From: Promethearchaeota archaeon
Lineage (GTDB): Archaea; Asgardarchaeota; Lokiarchaeia; Sigyniarchaeales; SOKP01
NCBI GenBank assembly: GCA_019058295.1
Contig: JAHPZI010000028.1
Coordinates: 32,001 to 96,000 of the forward strand
Direction: 5' to 3'
DNA: 64,000 nt
Shown: piece after piece, positions 1 through 8,907 of the stretch
Position numbering within the stretch: the first letter of the stretch is position 1
How the letters are laid out: each line of letters opens with the position of its first letter
The notes under the pieces: generated by a model
What the model was told of the DNA's origin: nothing
The model's input: only the letters and a program-made list of their open reading frames with translations
Databases searched by the model: none
Made by a program: the position numbers and the translations under genes

Positions 1-1
1 T

Positions 2-826
2 TTTATTGTGATTTTAATTGGTCTTTTATTTGATTATGCTGGTAGAATTTTTCCACTAAATTATATTATTTTAGCAATAGCATTGGCCACGTATATACAG
101 ATCTTCATATTTAGGTTTTTTGATTTCCCTCTTGCGATTATATTTAGTGCTTTTATCGCTGCTCTTATGTGCGTTCCTCTCCTAATAGGAGATACAATTA
201 CGCGGGAAAACTTTGGAAGTACATTATCCATTTCTTATTTTATCATTATCATAGGGATGATTGTTGGTTTAAGCTTTAATATGTTTATAACAGAGTCATT
301 ACAATCCAGTTCTTTTAGAGAAATTTTTCTAATGGGGACAATATTTATGTTTTGTATCATCTGTTTATTATTTTTAGTATATATGCGTGAGACCTTACCT
401 CGGAAAGAGCAGGCGTGGAAAAATTTTTTATATCATCTCTACATTATTCATGATTCTGGAATATTACTTTACGAATATGCTTTTATAAAAGAAAAAAAGA
501 CAGATGGTAGTAGCGTTGATTCTGATTTGAGGGCAGGAGGGATAATTGGCGTAAGATCTATTTTGAAAGAAATAGTACAAGGAGAAGAAGAAGTTAAAAC
601 GATTGATAGTGGGGATAGGGTTCTTATAATTACCCATTCTAACAAAGTTATTTTTGCTCTTATAGTAAAAGAGGAATTAATTGTATTAAGAAAAAAAATG
701 GAAGCCTTAATCGAAGATTTTAATAAGGAATTTGGAGAACTAATTAATGAGATTAGTTCAATTGGCGCCGCTATACACAAATTTAAACCAACTGAACATA
801 TTGTTTTGAAATATTTTGGAAATTAA
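2..826 (+). CDS. Multi-pass membrane protein with C-terminal cytoplasmic longin/roadblock-like domain (5' truncated by window edge)
   Basis: Frame is open from the window start. Several hydrophobic helices are followed by LYIIHDSGILLY...DSDLRAGGIIGVRSILKEI...IDSGD, the tail typical of Asgard membrane proteins. Confidence 0.7.
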   Translation, partial: FIVILIGLLFDYAGRIFPLNYIILAIALATYIQIFIFRFFDFPLAIIFSAFIAALMCVPLLIGDTITRENFGSTLSISYFIIIIGMIVGLSFNMFITESLQSSSFREIFLMGTIFMFCIICLLFLVYMRETLPRKEQAWKNFLYHLYIIHDSGILLYEYAFIKEKKTDGSSVDSDLRAGGIIGVRSILKEIVQGEEEVKTIDSGDRVLIITHSNKVIFALIVKEELIVLRKKMEALIEDFNKEFGELINEISSIGAAIHKFKPTEHIVLKYFGN

Positions 827-871
827 ATACTGTTATATCGAAATTAAAATTATTCTTTTTATTTTTTAAGA

Positions 872-1714
872 ATGGATGTCCATAAGATAAAAAAAAAAGT
901 ATTAAGAGATTTAAGACAAGAAATCCCAAATTTAATTGAAGAAATAGATGATTTTTCTCTTACTCGTCTTAGTAGCAAAAAGAATATAGTTTATGAATTG
1001 ATATTTGATAAAAAATCAGATAAATTACCTAAAGAAGTAATCCTCAAACTTTTCCGAACTGACTATGCTGAAAAAGAATATAACGCTTTAATCAAACTAG
1101 AAAAACAGGGGCTACCAATCCCTAAAGTATTATACTTTAAAAAACCTTATTTAATCCTTAAAAAACTCGAAGGTGTTAATCTTTGCGATTTTATAAATGA
1201 TAACTTAATAAATATAAGCACTATAGATGAATTAGATTTAGAGATCCGTGATAAAATTATAGTTAGCGTAAAGAAATTGGCCGAATGGATAGCTAATTTG
1301 CATAGTCAAAACATAATTACTAAGAAAAAGTCACTTGAGATTATTGTATTTAACAAAGGAGATACTCGATTAAGAGATTTTATATACAACATAACAAAAA
1401 ATGTTATTTATGGTATTGATTTTGAAGAATCATATGACGGAAATTTCTTAGACGATTTAGCTTGGATTTGCTGCTCATTATTAGATACTAATCCCGGAAT
1501 TTTCGAAATACCTGAACCAAAACATAAAATGGAGCTAATTAACTACTTTTTAAAGGAGTATTTCCGTATCAATAAGAAATTTTTGTTCTCATTTAATTAT
1601 TTCGCCGAAAAATTAATTGATTATCTAAACATCGTAATTGAAAGGAGAGCTATAGAATTAAGTCCTGTTAGAAAAAATGTTATTCTGAGAAATATATCTA
1701 AAAAATATACCTAA
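872..1714 (+). CDS. Protein-kinase-like fold phosphotransferase (APH/RIO/Bud32-like)
   Basis: VILKLF (beta3 Lys), EKEY, IPKVLY, KGDTRLRDFI catalytic-loop-like motif, GIDFEES (DFE), DLAW. Confidence 0.7.
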   Translation: MDVHKIKKKVLRDLRQEIPNLIEEIDDFSLTRLSSKKNIVYELIFDKKSDKLPKEVILKLFRTDYAEKEYNALIKLEKQGLPIPKVLYFKKPYLILKKLEGVNLCDFINDNLINISTIDELDLEIRDKIIVSVKKLAEWIANLHSQNIITKKKSLEIIVFNKGDTRLRDFIYNITKNVIYGIDFEESYDGNFLDDLAWICCSLLDTNPGIFEIPEPKHKMELINYFLKEYFRINKKFLFSFNYFAEKLIDYLNIVIERRAIELSPVRKNVILRNISKKYT

Positions 1715-1829
1715 TAAATTATAAAAAAGCCTAATACATAATATTTTTAAGTAGCACACCGTTAGGTATTATAAAACATATCGAATAAAAACATAAATCG
1801 TAATATAAAATAAAAAAATTGATTAAAAA

Positions 1830-3074
1830 ATGAGCGATATAGATAAAAAAGATGCTGCTATAGGATTATTAGTTATTGGATTAGTTGCTTTAGCAGGATG
1901 GGTTGGATTTCTTTATGCAAGTCCCGTTACTAAGACGAAAACAGAAGAAGAAGAGGAAACTATATATATTACAACTACAACAAAAACTATAGAGGAAACA
2001 GGTTTACCAGATGATTGGGGTTTAGCAGAATTGGATGCTTCCTTTTCAGTATTTAATGAAACGGGTGGAGAGATATCAGTAAAAATGTCTGATATTTTAA
2101 ATGGTATTTCCCTCTATTATAATCAAGAAGCTGACCCATTGGGTCGTAATACACAAGAGTATAAATACGAGTATATGGAATTACGAACGGTTGACGATCC
2201 ATTATCAGGTCGAACTTTTACTGGTGTAAACATTTTAGATGTATTGGAATCTGCTGGTGTATTTTTTGCTTGGAATATCTCTTGTAAAACAAATAATGAG
2301 GATTTATATCCCAATACTTATTTTAATGTGTCAACTGGAGATATAATTAATTTGGATAGTAAACCATTATATATTCCAACAATTGTTGCTATTGCTGCTG
2401 ATGGATTATGGTTACCTGACCTTGGTTATGGAAATTTTTCAATTATCCAAGGACTATCATCACAATCTATTTATGATCTTAAGGAAATAAGGACTATGTC
2501 AGAATGGGAAGTAGACATAATTGTTGATGGGATTGTAGAATATCAAGTTAATAGGACAAATATTATTGATCCTCATTATCCAGATGGATGGCATTGGGAA
2601 TATCATAAGAATTTTACAGGTTCTGATAATGCATATATGGGTGGTAGAATGACATATAATCGTACATTTTGGGGAGTAAATATGTCATATATAATAAACC
2701 AAACTAGTGCTAAAAATCTTAATTATACTATGAGGGCTATATCTGTAGATGGTTGGTTATCTGATACATATAATAATACTGATATTAACTCTGGTTTAGT
2801 TTATCCAGAACACTATGGATATGTTAATTACACTGATAATCCTCCTACAGGGGTTCCTTTACCAAAAACAGATCTGTTAATAACATTGGTTTATATGGAA
2901 CAAAAATTCTTCGAATACGGTTTATTCGCATCTGATCCAATATGGGATAAGGGATATTACGATGGATATGATGGAGGAGCATTTCATATTGTAATCCCTG
3001 GAATGACAAAAAGTAAACATCCAGGATATGTAAAAAGTATCGAAATAACTACTTATGCTGGTCCAATTCCTTAA
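1830..3074 (+). CDS. Membrane-anchored extracellular protein with two molybdopterin-binding (Oxidored_molyb/sulfite-oxidase-fold)-like repeats
   Basis: N-terminal TM helix, Thr/Glu-rich linker and many N-x-S/T sequons. Repeat motifs FTGVNILDVLE and FWGVNMSYII, RAISVDGW, GGAFHIVIPG...YVKSIEI. Confidence 0.6.
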   Translation: MSDIDKKDAAIGLLVIGLVALAGWVGFLYASPVTKTKTEEEEETIYITTTTKTIEETGLPDDWGLAELDASFSVFNETGGEISVKMSDILNGISLYYNQEADPLGRNTQEYKYEYMELRTVDDPLSGRTFTGVNILDVLESAGVFFAWNISCKTNNEDLYPNTYFNVSTGDIINLDSKPLYIPTIVAIAADGLWLPDLGYGNFSIIQGLSSQSIYDLKEIRTMSEWEVDIIVDGIVEYQVNRTNIIDPHYPDGWHWEYHKNFTGSDNAYMGGRMTYNRTFWGVNMSYIINQTSAKNLNYTMRAISVDGWLSDTYNNTDINSGLVYPEHYGYVNYTDNPPTGVPLPKTDLLITLVYMEQKFFEYGLFASDPIWDKGYYDGYDGGAFHIVIPGMTKSKHPGYVKSIEITTYAGPIP

Positions 3075-3079
3075 AAAAA

Positions 3080-3091
3080 TTTTTTTTTTTT
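3080..3091 (+). terminator. Oligo-T archaeal terminator candidate
   Basis: Run of about 12 T a few nt after the stop at 3074. Confidence 0.5.
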
Positions 3092-3107
3092 ATTCAACAA
3101 AATAATA

Positions 3108-3115
3108 TTTATATA
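3108..3115 (+). promoter_or_regulatory. TATA box (TTTATATA) for a probably leaderless operon 3137-8046
   Basis: TTTATATA preceded by an A-rich BRE-like stretch, ending about 21 nt before ATG 3137. Confidence 0.45.
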
Positions 3116-3136
3116 TAGAAAATAATAATAAAAAAA

Positions 3137-4087
3137 ATGAAAAAAGTTAGATATAACCTTGTTTTTTCATTAATTTTGCTTATTTTTATAGTTAGTTGGA
3201 AAATTCCATTTTCATTTTCATATCCTGGAGATGGGGATTGTAAAAAATATCATGGAATTACGAACATTAATGCTAATTTTATTGAGAATTCTCAAATTGT
3301 TTTGGATGGTGTTTCAAACGAATCTTTTTGGAATGATATTAAAATTAATAATGGATTTATCACAATTCCCACAGCTAATATTCTTGGCAATCCTGGAGAT
3401 GAAATAATTGAAGTTAAATTAATTTTTGTTTTAAATAATCAATATATTTATATTTATTGTGAGTGGAATGATACTACTACCAAGCCAAGTGGTATAAACA
3501 TTTTTGATGGTATTTATTTCTGTTGGAATATAAATACTCCTAATTTTACTTCATATTATCCAAATGATATGAATACAGAGCATATGGGAGGAGGAATGAT
3601 AGACTCCTGGGGAACTGAATTTTTTCTTGGAGATTCTCATGAAAATCATTCAAGTTTTATCGGTAGTGACGGATGTATTCAAGATGATGGTTGGCATTTC
3701 GGAGAAAGTGGTGATATTGAAATTGGTTTTTCATATATTGTTGATCAATCCTATTCTATTGAGATTAAAAGAAAATTAATAACAGACGACGAATATGATA
3801 TTCAATTTTATAAAGGAAAATCATATCTCTTTAATATTGGATTATATAATGATGGATATGGTATAGATCATACGATTTCCTGGATTTATAGGTTAAATAT
3901 ATTAAGTGAGGATAATCCTATTGAGAATGATGATGATGATGATAAATCGAGTAAAAATGAAACACAACTCAATATCGGATTAATTATAATAATAGGTACT
4001 ATATCAATAATTTTAATTATAGCGATAATTACATATTACAAATCTAAAATTACTCAAAATAAAACTAGTATAAAAAATGCAGACTAG
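3137..4087 (+). CDS. Secreted, C-terminally anchored DOMON-like / ethylbenzene-dehydrogenase-gamma-like (putative heme b) protein
   Basis: Signal peptide; IVLDG..NESFW, YIYIYCEWNDTT, DGIYFCW, HMGGG, SIEIKRKLITDDEYDIQF, DHTIS; acidic linker, TM helix and basic tail. Confidence 0.6.
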   Translation: MKKVRYNLVFSLILLIFIVSWKIPFSFSYPGDGDCKKYHGITNINANFIENSQIVLDGVSNESFWNDIKINNGFITIPTANILGNPGDEIIEVKLIFVLNNQYIYIYCEWNDTTTKPSGINIFDGIYFCWNINTPNFTSYYPNDMNTEHMGGGMIDSWGTEFFLGDSHENHSSFIGSDGCIQDDGWHFGESGDIEIGFSYIVDQSYSIEIKRKLITDDEYDIQFYKGKSYLFNIGLYNDGYGIDHTISWIYRLNILSEDNPIENDDDDDKSSKNETQLNIGLIIIIGTISIILIIAIITYYKSKITQNKTSIKNAD

Positions 4088-4679
4088 AAATTTTAATATT
4101 TTAATCGCAGCAATATGTGTTGGTTTAACAACATTTTGGCTTACTGCATATAATATTGTAAGATTAGGAATAGATCCTATTAAATATATTCAACATAATA
4201 CTTCAGAGGCTTTTTCAGATGAAGAGTCAGAAGATTCAAAAACATTAATTACTATTAAAGGAAAAGTTAAAGAAGATTTACGTCTTTCATTGTCTGATCT
4301 CAAATCAGATAAGTATAGACAGGTAACAGATGATTTTGACTTTAAAAATTCATATGGCACAGAATGGACTACGGAATATACAGGAACGACTCTTTGGAGC
4401 ATATTAGAAGCTGAGGGGATATTAGAATCTGATGATTTAACATTTATATTTATTGGACAAGATGGATATGAATCTCCAGTAGCTCTATCAATTGAAGATA
4501 TTGCCAAGAAATATGAAAATAAAGTAATATTAGCTTATGAGGTAGAAGGTCAACCTTTAACTGATGATAATGGTCCTGTAAGATCTATAATAGACAGAGA
4601 AGTTATACAATACCTTGAACCAAATCACTATAATTCTCAGTTTGCAGTAAAAGATTTGAAATATGTTGAGATCAAATAG
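4077..4679 (+). CDS. Membrane-anchored molybdopterin-binding-fold protein lacking the Mo-ligating Cys
   Basis: LITIKGKV..LRLSLSDL, EYTGTTLWSILE, FIGQDGY, VILAYEVEGQPL..NGPVRSII, VKDLKYVEI. The only Cys lies in the N-terminal TM. Confidence 0.75.
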   Translation: MQTRNFNILIAAICVGLTTFWLTAYNIVRLGIDPIKYIQHNTSEAFSDEESEDSKTLITIKGKVKEDLRLSLSDLKSDKYRQVTDDFDFKNSYGTEWTTEYTGTTLWSILEAEGILESDDLTFIFIGQDGYESPVALSIEDIAKKYENKVILAYEVEGQPLTDDNGPVRSIIDREVIQYLEPNHYNSQFAVKDLKYVEIK

Positions 4680-4694
4680 GAGTGATATATTAAA

Positions 4695-5333
4695 ATGGAT
4701 GATTATAAACAAAATAGTGTCCAAAAAGAAGAGAATTCAAATCAATTAGAAGAATTTCGAGAAACGGGAATGAGTTTAGAGAAATCTAATAGACTTTCTA
4801 CTTTAGATTTAATCTACTCCGCAATATTAGGAGTTATGGGAGGATTTATCTCCAGTCTCATACCATTTAGTATTTTAATCAAAGTATGGTATCCTCTAAC
4901 GGGAGGTACTCAATTAATATCCGGACATCATGTTATGTGGGCCACTATAGTATATGGTTTGACACGTAAAAAACAAAATATCATGGTAACTATGTCGATA
5001 AAGGGATTGCTAGAATTTTTATTAGGAGATCCATGGGGGATACTCATTATTTTTGTTAATCTAATGGAAGGTGTATGTTTGGTATTAGGGTTCTTTTTTA
5101 TGGAAAAAATTGGAGAAGGTGAGACTAAACTGGGATGGGGCATTGCGGGTGGTTTCGGTAATTTTTTCCAAGCACCATTTTTTTGGATACTTAATCAGAG
5201 ATTTCATTTACATTGGACATTATGGCTCTTGGCTTTTATATTCGCATTTGTTTCTGGCATATTAATAACGGGAGTATTAGGGAAAGTGATTAAAGAATAT
5301 TTGATTAAAGCCGGGGTTCCGACAACATTTTGA
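4695..5333 (+). CDS. ECF transporter substrate-binding S component
   Basis: About 200 aa with roughly six TM helices, STLDLIYSAILGVMGG helix 1 and a LIKAGV C-terminus; lies directly upstream of the A and T components. Confidence 0.8.
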   Translation: MDDYKQNSVQKEENSNQLEEFRETGMSLEKSNRLSTLDLIYSAILGVMGGFISSLIPFSILIKVWYPLTGGTQLISGHHVMWATIVYGLTRKKQNIMVTMSIKGLLEFLLGDPWGILIIFVNLMEGVCLVLGFFFMEKIGEGETKLGWGIAGGFGNFFQAPFFWILNQRFHLHWTLWLLAFIFAFVSGILITGVLGKVIKEYLIKAGVPTTF

Positions 5334-5340
5334 ATAGGAG

Positions 5341-7161
5341 TTGAACCTTAATATTTCCCGTGATAAAACAGCTCTCTCTTTTAAGAACTTCTCTTTTATT
5401 TATGGTACAGACAAATTAAAAATCCCATCAGTTTCAAATATAACTTTTGATTTGAAAGAAGGAGATGTTTTAATATTAGCTGGTGCAAGTGGAAGTGGTA
5501 AATCTACCCTATCTTATGCTATGAACGGGATTATACCTTGGAGACTAAAGGGTCTAATGAAAGGAGACGTTGAAGTCTTTGGAAAAAGTATTTGGGACTA
5601 TAATTTCATGGAATTAAGTAAAATAGTTAGTTTAGTTAAGCAAAATCCATTAGAACAATTAGTTACATTTACTGTGAAGGATGAGATCGCATTTGGACTT
5701 GAAAACCTAAAATATCCAATTGAAGAAATTGAAAAAAAAATCGAAGAAATTACTAAATTTTTAGAAATTGATCATTTATTAGAAAGGGATATCGATCAAT
5801 TAAGTGGAGGACAAAAGCAGCTTATAATCTTAGCATCATTTTTAGTAATGGAGCCTAAAATATTAATTTTGGATGAGCCGATTGCCTTCTTAGATCAACA
5901 TTCAGAGAGTTTATTATTAAACCGATTAAAGAAACTGATTCAATCACCCAATTATAACCTAACTCTCATAATTATTGAACATAGATTATCAAGGGTTGTA
6001 AATTTAGCGAATAAAATTATAGTATTGTCCGATGATGGAGAAGTTATTCTAAAAGGTTCAGTTTCTGAAATTTTAAAAGATAGATTTGATGAATTAAAGC
6101 TATGTAATGTGAGGGTTCCTTGGATAACAAATATCTATAGTGAATATAGAAAGATTACTACTAGAAATGCAGATGATTTTGGCGTGCCAACTAATTTCCA
6201 ACAACTCTTGAAAATTCCTGAAAATTTAGAAACAGAACAATTAAAACAAATATATCAGCTTCTAATCGATATAGAAATAAGACCAAAACATTTAGAGAAA
6301 TTAGAATTATATGAGGAAAAAATAGAGTTCGATGAAATCTATATTGAGACCTTAAAAAGGCTCTCTGAAAATAATAGAAATCAATCCATTTTCAATCAAG
6401 CTGAAGAAAATATTATTTTAGAAACGAGAGACTTATCATTCGAATATCCAAATACGGGAATTAATGCTATTAATAATTTATCTATTAAAATACATCAAGG
6501 AGATTTCATAGGTTTAGTTGGACCAAATGGTTCAGGAAAGACAACCTTATTATATTTATTAGCAAATCTTTATAAACCTACATCAGGAGAGATATTCTTT
6601 AACAATCAGAACCTCACAGAATTCAATCCTTATGAGTATGCTCTTCATATTGGATTTATATTTCAAAATCCTGAAAATATGATTTTTAAGCATACCCTTA
6701 GAGATGAGATTTTATATGGTCCTAAAAATTTTGGCATTCTGAAGGAAATTAATGAAGAATATCTTTCTAAATTAATTTGTTTAATTGGAGAAAATGATCC
6801 CTCAAAAAATCCTTTTAATCTAAGTTGGGGTCAAAAAAGAAGATTAAACCTTAGCTCCATATTTGTATACAATCCTGAAATAATTCTATTAGATGAACCT
6901 TTCATTGGGCAAGATCAGCGGACAATTGATTCAATTATAGAAACCCTATTTATTGAAAATAAAAGAGGAAAGACAATTATTATCTCTTCTCATGATTATC
7001 ATTTACTTTTAAAATATACTAAAAGAATAATCGAGCTGAACAAAGATGGAACTCTGAAAGACTATGATACAAAAGATACTTATTTTTTAAAGCATCAAAA
7101 TCTAGGGCCAGTCATTTTTTTGAATAAAATTAAAGAATTAATAGGAGAGCGTAATATTTAA
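5341..7161 (+). CDS. ECF transporter fused double ATPase (A-A')
   Basis: Two ABC cassettes: GASGSGKS / LSGGQKQ / ILDEP and GPNGSGKT / LSWGQKRR / LLDEP, with QNP Q-loops. TTG start. Confidence 0.92.
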   Translation: MNLNISRDKTALSFKNFSFIYGTDKLKIPSVSNITFDLKEGDVLILAGASGSGKSTLSYAMNGIIPWRLKGLMKGDVEVFGKSIWDYNFMELSKIVSLVKQNPLEQLVTFTVKDEIAFGLENLKYPIEEIEKKIEEITKFLEIDHLLERDIDQLSGGQKQLIILASFLVMEPKILILDEPIAFLDQHSESLLLNRLKKLIQSPNYNLTLIIIEHRLSRVVNLANKIIVLSDDGEVILKGSVSEILKDRFDELKLCNVRVPWITNIYSEYRKITTRNADDFGVPTNFQQLLKIPENLETEQLKQIYQLLIDIEIRPKHLEKLELYEEKIEFDEIYIETLKRLSENNRNQSIFNQAEENIILETRDLSFEYPNTGINAINNLSIKIHQGDFIGLVGPNGSGKTTLLYLLANLYKPTSGEIFFNNQNLTEFNPYEYALHIGFIFQNPENMIFKHTLRDEILYGPKNFGILKEINEEYLSKLICLIGENDPSKNPFNLSWGQKRRLNLSSIFVYNPEIILLDEPFIGQDQRTIDSIIETLFIENKRGKTIIISSHDYHLLLKYTKRIIELNKDGTLKDYDTKDTYFLKHQNLGPVIFLNKIKELIGERNI

Positions 7162-8046
7162 ATGTCAAGAAAGAATAAAAGTTTGGATCATAAGAGGCTG
7201 ATGTTTGCCTATTTCCCAGGAAATTCAATCTTTCATAAATTAAATCCTCTTTCAAAATTAATATTTCTCTTACTCCTTACTATAATTATATTACTAGTTA
7301 GGAGCTTAATATTCATGGCAATGGTTTCGTTATTTGTTATTTTTTTAGCTTTAATAAGCGGAATTTCCTTAAAGAATCTTTATTTGAAACTAAGATTTAT
7401 AGTCTCAATCCTAATAGTTAGTGTAGTTTTGAATATATTTTTTAATGCTATTCCCAGTGAAGAAGAAGTTATCTTGTTTTACTTATTCGGTATTGAATTT
7501 CTACCTATTAGAAAATTAGCCATATATTATGCCTTTAGAGCTTTTTTTCTCGTCTTAACATTGTTTACTTCTTCAATTATCTACTCCAATACAACTAATA
7601 TGCGAGATTTTGTATATGCATTGATGAGATTAAAAATCCCTTATCGATTTTGTTATGCGTTTATGGTTGGGATAAGATATATTCCTTTAATAGAACAAGA
7701 GGCAAAAACGATATCATTAGCCCAAAGAGCAAGGGGTTTTGGTTATGAGAAAGTAAATAGTATAAAGAAAGCTTATAATTGGATCTCTGAACGTTTACTT
7801 ATTACCTTAGTTTCAATACTTAGAAAAGCTCATACTACATCTATTTCAATGGAAAATAGATGTTTTGGCATTTATAAAGATCGGACTAATTTAATTAAAA
7901 TTAGATTTAAAGCAATAGATATTGCTTTTATTATAATTTTTGGATTTCTTTTCACTTTAATTTTATTTTATTTATTTCAATTGCTCCCGTTACCACAATT
8001 CCCTTCTCTTTATCACATGTATCTAAAGTATTTTAATATTTTTTAG
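7162..8046 (+). CDS. ECF transporter transmembrane T component (EcfT/CbiQ family)
   Basis: HKLNPLSKL, RYIPLIEQEAKTI.LAQRARG and SMENRCF coupling-helix motifs. Confidence 0.92.
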   Translation: MSRKNKSLDHKRLMFAYFPGNSIFHKLNPLSKLIFLLLLTIIILLVRSLIFMAMVSLFVIFLALISGISLKNLYLKLRFIVSILIVSVVLNIFFNAIPSEEEVILFYLFGIEFLPIRKLAIYYAFRAFFLVLTLFTSSIIYSNTTNMRDFVYALMRLKIPYRFCYAFMVGIRYIPLIEQEAKTISLAQRARGFGYEKVNSIKKAYNWISERLLITLVSILRKAHTTSISMENRCFGIYKDRTNLIKIRFKAIDIAFIIIFGFLFTLILFYLFQLLPLPQFPSLYHMYLKYFNIF

Positions 8047-8862
8047 AAGTTCTAAATAACCACCATACTTTTCTCGCGTAATTGAATATTTTTTAGTAGT
8101 AGAACCCCATCTTATATTATTTCGAATATTATGTAAAAAGCCCTTTGCATTAATAATCCTAGTACCCCCAACTACATTAATTCCCCTTTTAAAGAGAGGA
8201 TCGGGTAAAAATCCAGCAGTGGGCCCTATAATCGAAGTTTTTTCTGCATTTGAGCAAAATTTTAGAATATCATCGATTGTATCGTTCAATATTGTGGTAC
8301 TAGTTAATAATACTTTATTGCAGTCTTCTAAATTAGTGGGATCTAAAGTAACTACCCAGTTCTTTTCTTTTTTCACTAAATCCTCTTTTAATTCAATAAT
8401 AACTAATTTATTCCCTCTTTCCTCAATCTTTTTAACAAGCGGTGGAAAAAAACCGACCATTCCCACTATATCTTTTTCATTTATGTTTAATAAACCTAAA
8501 GAATCTGAAGTATGATCAAAGGAAAAATTAGTTTCTTTAAAAATAAATTGACTAATTGCATTAATAGCTCCCATACTTAAGGATTTTTTATACAAATTAT
8601 TGGATGTAAAATCCTTTACTAAATCCATTGGAGAGGTATCTTTATATTCTTTTGAATCGATTTTAAGAATTTGTTTTTTAACTTCTTGAGTTAATGCTAT
8701 AAAAAAAATACCGATTGAGTTATCTTCTAATATTACTGCTGCAAAATTTGATTTTTTTGCTTTCTCATCAACAGTTGGAACAACAATTTCTTTAATTAAT
8801 GGAATTTGAACTCTATTAGCAATATCATTTAAGATTACTTGATATTCGGAAGATATTGTCAT
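8023..8862 (-). CDS. DUF364 family protein (enolase-N-like plus Rossmann-like; putative metal/pterin chelation)
   Basis: SLSMGAINAISQ, VGMVGFFPP, IIELK, LLTSTTILNDTIDDIL, IIGPTAGFLPDPLFKRGINVVGG. Confidence 0.85.
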   Translation of the reverse strand: MTISSEYQVILNDIANRVQIPLIKEIVVPTVDEKAKKSNFAAVILEDNSIGIFFIALTQEVKKQILKIDSKEYKDTSPMDLVKDFTSNNLYKKSLSMGAINAISQFIFKETNFSFDHTSDSLGLLNINEKDIVGMVGFFPPLVKKIEERGNKLVIIELKEDLVKKEKNWVVTLDPTNLEDCNKVLLTSTTILNDTIDDILKFCSNAEKTSIIGPTAGFLPDPLFKRGINVVGGTRIINAKGFLHNIRNNIRWGSTTKKYSITREKYGGYLELLKNIKIL

Positions 8863-8907
8863 GTGTAAATTAATTAATTGTAAAATTTAAAAGAGGTTCT
8901 AATAACT

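Noticed and set aside
1797-1823. ATCG...TGAT element vaguely like a ModE box upstream of the ECF cluster
   Set aside because: The right half-site is poor and lies in a poly-A context; not distinguishable from chance.
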